Part shown: positions 50,301 to 57,200 of the stretch, piece after piece | Numbering within the stretch: the stretch's first letter is position 1 | How the letters are laid out: every line of letters begins with the position of its first letter | Source: a virus | IMG/VR virus record: IMGVR_UViG_3300025438_000009 | Location: 1 to 64,000 of that record | Length of the DNA: 64,000 bases | Strand: one strand, 5' to 3' | Notes under the pieces: model-generated | What the model was told of the DNA's origin: nothing | What the model saw: only the letters and a program-made list of their open reading frames with translations | Database searches by the model: none | Position numbers and translations under genes: made by a program

Positions 50301-52865
50301 AAACGATTCACTTTGAGGTTCTTGAGCTCTGACATCACTGCTAGTAGCATTAAGTGGAACTCTAGAATAGTTGACCCCGTAACGGGCTCAGATGTCGGTA
50401 GAGTTGAGAGAACTTACAGACTTCTGGCTGATGGAACTATCGATGTTCATCACGACTATGTTTGGCTCTCTCGTGATGAAGACACTGGGACTGGATTTGC
50501 TTCTGAGTTTTACCAAGTATCAGACAACTTCTACAGGTCAATTGGCGTGGATATCAACACGATGCAGACTGCCAGAGATGGTTCGTATGCTTGGGCAGCA
50601 GCCAACTTTACGTGGGCTAGCATGGCTGGAATCTCAACGATTATTGCCCGGTTGTACACCAAAGCAAAAGATTACGATTCCACGAGCCCCGAAACCGCAC
50701 TTCAACTGAGGCAGATGGCCGTTCGTCTTGGTGCCCCTGAGGGGTATGAAAACGTACCTGAGAACGAGAGAGCGGCCAGGCTTCGGGATGCCCTGAGAAC
50801 TTTGTCTATGTCTACTATTCAAACCTCAGCAGACTATCCAGACCCCGTAGATATTGCAATGCTTCTCGACCCCGATGATGAGCAGAAGAGGGCGGAACAC
50901 GCTCGGGAGCAGGGGCTACTACCGGAAAGAGAGAGAAAAAAGTATAAAACTCTGGGAAGAGAGATTCTCCAAGAAACTGGCTGGAATGCTATTCGATACC
51001 TAAACCCAGAGCTGGACCCCAGACCAGAAAACAGAAAAAACAAGAAGTCCCTCAAGGATATTCGAAAAGAAGAGGCTGTAGAAAAGGCCAAAAAAGAATT
51101 TGAGGAAGCTGAAAAGGCTAAGAAAGATAGAGAGCCCACCCAAGAGCCCCCCCAGGGTAAAAAAATTACCAGTCTTAACGACGTAAGTAATGCCCAACCT
51201 GGCGATGTTCTTCGGGTTACTGAGTTGGGCTCTGGGGGAATATACATAAAGCAAGAAGACGGCTCGTGGGATGAAATTTATTTTGGTAGTGCAGCTTCTT
51301 CTTTTAGAAGTGGCTACACCGATGAGGATTTGGATATCCGCGACACTTTTACTGATGAAATTAGAGAAGCACAAATTTTTAGTACTCCTGAAGGTAAAGA
51401 GTATTATTCCCGTTATATGGCAGGAACTTTAACACTAGAGAACCCCACGAAAGAAACCTTAGAAAAAGCTCTAAGAGATGGTGACATTGCCACTCTGGAC
51501 GGCCTCTACAGAGGAAATCTTTTGGGCAATGGTCAGAGTAAATTCGGAAGAAATAACTTTACGCTCAAAGTAAATTCTTCTGGATTCGAAAGCAGGGGCA
51601 TAGATTACGACGTTTACGAGGTCTCGGGGGATATCCTAGATGAGAATGGTCAGAGGGTAGGACCTTTTAGGCGAGAAATACGAATGATGCCTGACGGCAA
51701 ACTTGTGGTGTACCACGGCATACTGAAAATTGAGGATGACAGATACAAGAGAACTGGTTTTGGGAAGGATTTCACAAAACAGAGTGAAGCTTTGTATAGG
51801 CAGATGGGTGTCGACACAATTAGACTCCACTCAGCGTGGGATGGGAGCTACTTCTGGGCTATGCAAGGCTATGAGTGGGACCTTGAACACGCTAACGGAA
51901 GTAAGTACGAAATTTTGGGTAGTGTCCCTGGCAACCTTCAGTTAGCTCTAGAACAAGCTAAGGGCGATGGTCGCGACGAGGATGTCGCAAAGCTTGAAGA
52001 TATAATTGATAGACTGGCTGGTTTAGAGATTGACGACCCCAACTTCCCTTCTCCGAGTGAACTTGCTGTGCTTAAGAGTCAAGACCCTGCGATGAACGAT
52101 GATGGTAGTGGTGGGAACGGTAAGTGGATGCAAGACATCCTTAAGAACACGGGGTGGCATGGAAAGAAAGAGTTTGGGGGGGACGAGGACCCTGAGGGGG
52201 TGTCGGGAGATGCGGGTCCAGATAGCGACTCAGGTGGTGATGGTGGCTCAGACGGAGGTGGAGGACCCAGCGGGGACGAAGACTCTCCAGATGAGGGTAG
52301 CTTCGTCTCGTATACGAGAGCAGACCTTGATGCGTTCTATGATGATGTTGACCAGGGAAGTTCTCTTTCACTTCCCGCACAAAATGCAGTAGAAATGTAC
52401 CAAGTGGGCGGTGGCGGTGGCGATTCTCGGTATGAAGAAATTAACAGGGGACTGCGCAATGGTGATGAGGACGTTGTTAACTCTTCTATAGTGGGGGAGT
52501 TAGATGAAGCCACATCGGGCGGTGCTGAACTGACAAGAGATGTTTTTTTATGGCGAACCATTAGGTTGACCATAGATGACCCGAGGGCTGCCGAGTTGAG
52601 TAGTCTGAGCCCAGGTGATATCATTGAGGATGGTGGCTTTGTCTCAACCACAGCAGACCTGGATTGGGCTGTAGATTTTTCAAGAAGGTACAACTCTTCG
52701 GTGCTTCTACAAATCGAAGCACCTGCTGGGACAACAGGAGTAGTACCTTATCAGTACACGAATCAACTTAGAGATGAATATGAATTTATTCTTCCTAGGA
52801 CTACTAGGTTTGAAGTAATATCGGGTAATCCCAACACGGGAGCTATAAGAGTGAGGATTGTATAA
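44307..52865 (+). CDS. 2852-aa polyvalent protein: zeta-toxin-like kinase, three GNAT-like domains, C-terminal VIP2-like ADP-ribosyltransferase
   Basis: GGGPGSGKS/DPD/HEES/FDGT; GNAT-like blocks; WR..STT..EYE. Confidence 0.85.
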   Translation: MSQGRDVLKALIAAINPFAGGNSRLARSLRARKQPRDRKGRFIRTGSGVKFDIRIGGKVVPLTARSVGSASREGYIQMYVPAGDPNLPAGFYEVESGKGMLVQAVIDAPEVGDSSVSVTDKNIIDLESIRTSDSPEGWDFEPGENGEDRWVSQDGKLEILDNSETGKIELSENGKKISEHAEVPDAFVASDKRDIEQSLTKNSKTVVARLRANLDDAETAKDAGPTDAKNAREALDNALFDDPDSEEKLALVDSEAPDPESMGESVQLSPKDLADMRRSPLTSQHLNEDGTFTEERQALHDEIIRRALEGSTPVENPTQWMNGGGPGSGKSSLTEGVNKELTGYDENSVLLDPDEVKRELPEVQEALARIEAGEATEDDIEWAGLSHEESSYIAKRIHLAALERHHNVIFDGTGDGSVDSVRKKVELARKNGYKRIEANYLYLEPDEGIKRAKERQAKSHRKVPTKVIEETYQTVSSIFPELAESGIFDTLRLFDNNQERGVTAKLIFEQVDGDTQVLDDDAYDRFQKARPTGGAPPPPVEEVVEISAPEAPTTPEATLPDGEDSPQLPRIERTLDEVNAELAELNERMRELEASGADVTTPEEFDAHVQETIDLLAEIDEVQNERVPLVVREAMRQAVDNRDRDTLESLNTSIDSAEAESIRLKSRGQDASESEERYQNLIAQRDALLERRENNVGEIGPTTDRRPAGTVPSGVEGAPSRSARVERQGDTLRDVSGNVVATRIDGPSNANEIDADGSRLVELFEVNSDQAELFRGALQSSVDASEHGSSVTVHDLEYYQQDGVRMFLTQDGLGGVVLNGDEIVSGFMHPGASDRGQGAIISMVSSMVDRGGRRLDAYDTVLPDFYAEAGFKPVGRIKWDDAEAPEGWNYELYSRWNNGRPDIVFMAYDPERVGSDYNNTEGELLSDYGRGEVLQREVLATLDDSTVSEILEERNSLFAERRRLALEVNEELKSPDGLLLGAVPIGDRGAPDNLSLIYAPVGQTVEVTNDDGTKRRYKKVFTGLWKRVDDPTDLKRYRSHQIRTGFMEYVRPRDDDSVSPSIAPSPTTSAPVAVPYFFPPNTSKEELESLRESYQRQVGSSDNAVDSERSAATVRLIDRLLASRGGEILDNTPETPDNTPSRRMGAPLLPDNLPTLGKSTEPYTPGQVDVPGASDDPAVIANTFREVDLKNSYEMALITNSDMVRTNFPPAEDEIFGAEVNLPIDAVRDALQLMGIDTNQTVETIETIEQNRGEESTDPVTTADIEEYNFNQKELENLYGSYEQLRSARAYAVSSGQPDSSIANVDERMRALRERIRRLESQGLRITERPETVDVGQFRWDSSDPDIYRPGLVMEALRKKYPNATENSDGELVIGEAEYTVANGKRFKYEAVITKTDDELFYVYIRETNLGEEDPAKRFRSIRYGEMRHSARAVNIQAMKALKKIDNSAGGSNIHSWFNDRRRAREGRAAKFDVADAQGMPHHIRDMVLTRESIRKIQEAVDEDGITEEMVTTLYNYINNFGNNANVMLALYDTFGLDTPTLNRFVDATNQHIHERDGLNTFSLWESDNGTPLAEGDIVTYTGDPSQTGFDNNAGRRAIVKIRSLEHRSGGYTYTDYVQIKFIDDDDVPIPGIDYLVVSSHNLRLDRTFGNTDGSERRGPNAISTPLPVLTTRAGNRYAGQGRLGSISPYVTEYDRDTMASPTVEIDGVKYPVQASRQSLVGPDLTNIVARPGDMQTGDFIMQFDPTFSSRRLVEVVNVETLESGNVRLTLVEPINISSARVSQTEFDANSTLAIDAYRKDPNYAPESGLTMSHVGRLAETVRTTNIDALTPRSREVIRGILGSADARGIESGEFTLEDYNDAFLDMLDNQNNEPRGPVSLAEARRAVENASNRGLPDGDAFSSINSVRDASVSRGAELGVDTGVETLPSQIIPEGPPVLETLIPANLQQGPYGPNAGVVEGVDRARMVEILSMPKSVARTRAFNTIIRASVGDKVFGKRFTLRFLSSDITASSIKWNSRIVDPVTGSDVGRVERTYRLLADGTIDVHHDYVWLSRDEDTGTGFASEFYQVSDNFYRSIGVDINTMQTARDGSYAWAAANFTWASMAGISTIIARLYTKAKDYDSTSPETALQLRQMAVRLGAPEGYENVPENERAARLRDALRTLSMSTIQTSADYPDPVDIAMLLDPDDEQKRAEHAREQGLLPERERKKYKTLGREILQETGWNAIRYLNPELDPRPENRKNKKSLKDIRKEEAVEKAKKEFEEAEKAKKDREPTQEPPQGKKITSLNDVSNAQPGDVLRVTELGSGGIYIKQEDGSWDEIYFGSAASSFRSGYTDEDLDIRDTFTDEIREAQIFSTPEGKEYYSRYMAGTLTLENPTKETLEKALRDGDIATLDGLYRGNLLGNGQSKFGRNNFTLKVNSSGFESRGIDYDVYEVSGDILDENGQRVGPFRREIRMMPDGKLVVYHGILKIEDDRYKRTGFGKDFTKQSEALYRQMGVDTIRLHSAWDGSYFWAMQGYEWDLEHANGSKYEILGSVPGNLQLALEQAKGDGRDEDVAKLEDIIDRLAGLEIDDPNFPSPSELAVLKSQDPAMNDDGSGGNGKWMQDILKNTGWHGKKEFGGDEDPEGVSGDAGPDSDSGGDGGSDGGGGPSGDEDSPDEGSFVSYTRADLDAFYDDVDQGSSLSLPAQNAVEMYQVGGGGGDSRYEEINRGLRNGDEDVVNSSIVGELDEATSGGAELTRDVFLWRTIRLTIDDPRAAELSSLSPGDIIEDGGFVSTTADLDWAVDFSRRYNSSVLLQIEAPAGTTGVVPYQYTNQLRDEYEFILPRTTRFEVISGNPNTGAIRVRIV

Positions 52866-52987
52866 TGAGTGAACAAGAAGAGCGTATGGACAAAAAGTTT
52901 GCAGTTGACTCTGAAAGTATAAAGATTACACCTGCTCAGGGGGAGCAAGAAAGCTCAGCACCGGATGATACGGAAGGAGATAAGTAA
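52865..52987 (+). CDS. 40-aa acidic peptide coupled to the ART-containing gene
   Basis: TAATG overlap; MSEQEERMDKKFAVDSES.. Confidence 0.55.
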   Translation: MSEQEERMDKKFAVDSESIKITPAQGEQESSAPDDTEGDK

Positions 52988-53596
52988 ATGAAGAAAACAA
53001 TAATGCAGTCGACAATTAAAGTCGAGGGAGAGTACGCCGTTGAGATTGGTGACTACGCTGTCATAATTGGTGAGACGGATGGCTATGTATATAGGAAACC
53101 CTTCCCGGAGGGCTGGACTGTAGAGGAAAATCAGACTGACGGGAAGATTGAAGTTGACGAAGACCTCTTAGACCAAGCCGAGATGACGGGCACTTCTGCA
53201 GCCACTAACGCCGAAGATTTAAGAGCAATTACTGAAGGGGGAGGCGACCCCACCCAAGCAGTCAATGAGGACGGCGACGGACTTTGGATTGTTGAGCAAG
53301 AGGCAGAGGAGTACGACAGACAGAATCCTGTGGCCCCCCAAAAAATTGTGGTCAACGCTAGTGTAAGCTTAGATGGAAAACTTGGTTGGGAATATTTCCC
53401 CGGCTACTACCTGTTTGAGGACGATAAATTCTACTCCCCCTATTCTAGGCCACCAATTTCAAAAGATGAAATTGAGCCTGCAGAAGGGGAATTCACTGTA
53501 GATTCTTACAGTTACATTGATGCCACTTCAAGCGCTGAAAAGCTTGGATTTGTAGCTGAGGCAGAGAAACTTGGGGTTGAGGGCTACATTGATTAA
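52988..53596 (+). CDS. acidic hypothetical protein
   Basis: AAGGAG RBS. Confidence 0.65.
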   Translation: MKKTIMQSTIKVEGEYAVEIGDYAVIIGETDGYVYRKPFPEGWTVEENQTDGKIEVDEDLLDQAEMTGTSAATNAEDLRAITEGGGDPTQAVNEDGDGLWIVEQEAEEYDRQNPVAPQKIVVNASVSLDGKLGWEYFPGYYLFEDDKFYSPYSRPPISKDEIEPAEGEFTVDSYSYIDATSSAEKLGFVAEAEKLGVEGYID

Positions 53597-54197
53597 GAAC
53601 GCCAAAAAAATATTTTATGCGGGCCTCGGAGTTCTTGAAAGAGTGGACGAGCCCACGGCGCCTCTTGCTATTAAATATGCTGTAGAAACACAAGACGGCA
53701 ACATTGAGGTGGAGTATGTCGATGAAACTCAGGAGTCATTTCCTCCAAAACAGGGTAGTATAGAACAGTATACTTACGGAGTTGTGCTGTTCTCCACAGA
53801 AGCAGGTGAAGAGTACGTAATCCGTCAGGTTACAGACTTAGACGGTGAGTGGATTTCACAGTTAAAAATTCCACTCCCTGTAGTGGCTTTGCAATATTTA
53901 CTCATACAACCAGAGGAGACTCTCAAGATGGCCTATCTTGAAGATGAGCTTGAGAAGCTCATTGCACTAAAGTCCCCCGAGAGCGATGACATTATCTCCA
54001 TTATGTACCTGAACAGGTACGGAGCTTTTGTTCGCATCAACGAAAGCTGGATTTCTATAGCTCCAATAGATACTAGCCTTGATGGGACTGTCCCCTTTAA
54101 TGTAAAAGCGGACACCGCCGAAGAGTTTATTACTATGTACGACAGTGACGCGCTCAGCTATGAGCAAGCACAAGAGTACCTCTCCCCCGTTAGGTAG
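53571..54197 (+). CDS. hypothetical protein
   Basis: ORF continuing the head operon. Confidence 0.6.
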   Translation: MGLRATLIKNAKKIFYAGLGVLERVDEPTAPLAIKYAVETQDGNIEVEYVDETQESFPPKQGSIEQYTYGVVLFSTEAGEEYVIRQVTDLDGEWISQLKIPLPVVALQYLLIQPEETLKMAYLEDELEKLIALKSPESDDIISIMYLNRYGAFVRINESWISIAPIDTSLDGTVPFNVKADTAEEFITMYDSDALSYEQAQEYLSPVR

Positions 54198-54205
54198 TAG
54201 GGTCG

Positions 54206-57200
54206 ATGACAAAATTTCTTGGTGCCTCTGGCGCTCTTATGCTTTATACAAGTGGCGCTTGGGGTGTTGTTGTTGACTCTGAGGTCGGTCTTGTTGTTGC
54301 CTCTGGTGCATCAGGAATCCTTACTACATCTCGCAAGTGGTCTTCTAATGAGTTACAACCCACGGAGGAAACTAACGAACTAGCAGAAGCAAGTTTGGGT
54401 GGTCTTGTTGCTTCGGGTAAGGGCTCGAGTAGCAAGTACACCGTCCCTAAGTCTGTCAGAGCCGAAGCTAAAAAAGCTTTAGAGTGGCGTAAAGAAGAAG
54501 ACAGGGGCGGTACTAAGGTTGGACTAAACACCGCCAGAACTCTTGCTAGTGGAGACCAAGTCGGAGTCGAAAAGATTCGCCACATTGCCAAGTATTTTCC
54601 CCGCCACGAGGTGGACAAAAGAGGCAAGGGCTACAAGCCCAAAGAAGACGGGTTCCCCAGCAACGGGCGAATTGCGTGGGCTTTGTGGGGTGGTGACGCT
54701 GGGTGGCGTTGGGCTAAAGCTGTCGTTGAGCGCGAGGAGAAAAAAGCTCTTACCGCTACGGGTTATGATTTGGGAGAAGAGCCTCGAAAAGGCATAGAGG
54801 TTGAAGAATTTACGTATGACGACGCCCCAGACTATATGTCTGAGTTTGTTGCTCGGGTTAAGCTTGATGGTTCTGGGATGGACCGACTGTATAAAATAGA
54901 TTCTGACAACAAATGCCTGGTGTGGGATGACGGACGCTGGGACGATTTGGGAATTGTTGAGCCTACGATTTGGGACTATGACAAGGCTCTTGATGAAGAA
55001 GAAGTTGCATCAACCCACCTCACTATTGACCCCGAATCCGCGATTATTATTGCAGCTCGTCTTTTTGTTGCGCCCTATGGGACTGTTACTGTTGAGGATA
55101 TTGATGAGTACGAGGCTGGGCTTGCTGTAGCTGCGATTGAGGATGAGGACTGGGAGTTTATTGACAGGACTCTGATGGCTTCTGGAACGGCAACATTCCA
55201 GGGAGAAGAGCCCGCTGAGGGTGATGCGGAGTATACACCTGAGGAGCGCTCAGAGAACGCTTCTAAGCAGGTACGCAACAAGCAGGGTAGGTTTGCAACA
55301 GCAGGCTCTCGGGTTGTGGTAGGTAATGACCCCACCCGTGGTTCTGGAATTATTACTTCCGTTGACCCCAGCACGAAGAGTGTAAATGTTAAACTAGATA
55401 ACGGTAACGAAGTTACTGTTCCTGGCAACACTGTTGAAAATGAGTCTAACTACGACAATCAAATCAACAAAGACATCAAGCAGATTGATACTTCTGGAAT
55501 CCTTGGTGAGCCAAGAACTCCTATCAACCGTTCTGTTGCTCAGTTGCCTGGGACTCTTCCCGCTATGGGCGTTAAAGACATACAGGGTATGCTGTCTAAC
55601 TGGCCAGCATGGGTTAAGTCTCAGAGAGACTCTTTCACTCCACAAGCAACTCCGAGCCCCACCAAAGTTCAGAAAAAGGGTAGTGGACCCAACCTTGATG
55701 TTGGGGACTACGGTCGCAAACTACAGCAGGAGACAGGTAAGTCTCTCACTACAGACGCTTATGACCACCCACTCCTGAAGGACTGGCTCAATAAAAAAGA
55801 TGGTGCCGGATTCTCTCCCAACCGTCTTTGGTATAACCCCATCACTGCCAGTGCCGATGAAAAGCTTGTTAGCCCCGACACGACAGATGTACAACCCGTG
55901 TACATGGCTGTTGTTGATGCGGATGACCCTCGCGCTGTTTTGAATTTAATTAGTCTTGTTCCTGCAAGCACAGTTTCTACCTCTCCTATGGTGTACACCA
56001 GGGACCAGGGCAAGTGGGCTCGTGACCCGAAGATGCTTGCTGACTTGAACTCGCCTACACCTCCCCCTGTTGTGCCTCTTGACTCTGAGACATTGAATGA
56101 TGTCATCACTCAGGTTGATGCTTCTCAGGGAGTTACAGCTTCTATTGCGCTAACAGTTCTGTTTGGTAACGACCCCATCACCGCAGGAATTTATGGTACT
56201 GAAGAAGAGAATATCGCTCAGAAGCTCCGTCAGTACTGGATTGCTGGTCCAGGTGCGAAGGAAATTCAGTGGGGTGTTGGTGGAGATTGGTATCGCTGTG
56301 TTCGTCAGCTGGCTCCCTACCTGGGCGTTCGGGCTAAGGGCTATTGCCAGATGCTTCATAAGAATGCACTCGGCTATTACACTTCTACGCACGCTCGAAT
56401 GGAGAGGGCTAAGCTCGGGGACTTTGATGCTGGGGTGGAGACCTTAGAGTTTACTAAGGTCACTGCAGAAGACATGCAGACCCCTCTCAAAGATATTATT
56501 GCTCGAGAAGACACTGTCTCTGGTGACTTTGAGATTGACGCAGACATTGCTGTGCTTCTGTCTGACATCGAGGCTTTGGACTACTCAGAATATTCTCTTG
56601 TAGCTGCTGGTGGGGCTGACCGCAATCGTGGTGGCGCAGAGAATCTTCGTAAGTATTGGACTGTGGGCAAGGGTGGTGCAAAGATTCGCTGGGGAACTGG
56701 CGGAGACTGGACGCGCTGTGTCCGTAATCTTCGCAAGTATCTGGGTCCCCGCGCCAAGGGTTACTGTGCACTTCGCCACAAAGAAATGAATGGCGTGTGG
56801 CCTGGAGACCGACGCAACACAGAAACATCAGTTCTTGAGTCGTCAGAACTTCTCAACTATTCTGTTCCAGTTTTTTCTGTGGAGGAGATTCTCCGTGAGT
56901 CTGCGGAGAGGGCGCTTCTTGCCTCCGCGGGGGTTAGTGTCCGGAACTTCTTTATCCCTGAGCCGATTTACCGCACTCCAGAAATGGAGAAAGCTGTTGA
57001 GGAACAGAAGCCTGTTGATGTTCAAAAAATTAATATTGATGACTTGATTCCTACGCAAGACTCTGTTGAGGTGGAAAACATTGCTGAGGTTCTTGAGTCT
57101 TTGAAGCCTATTTCTGTGCTTATTACAGAGGATGGTCCTCTCTTGGTTGATGGACACCACAGGACAGCTGCGTACCGCCTTCGCGGTGAAGATGAGATTC

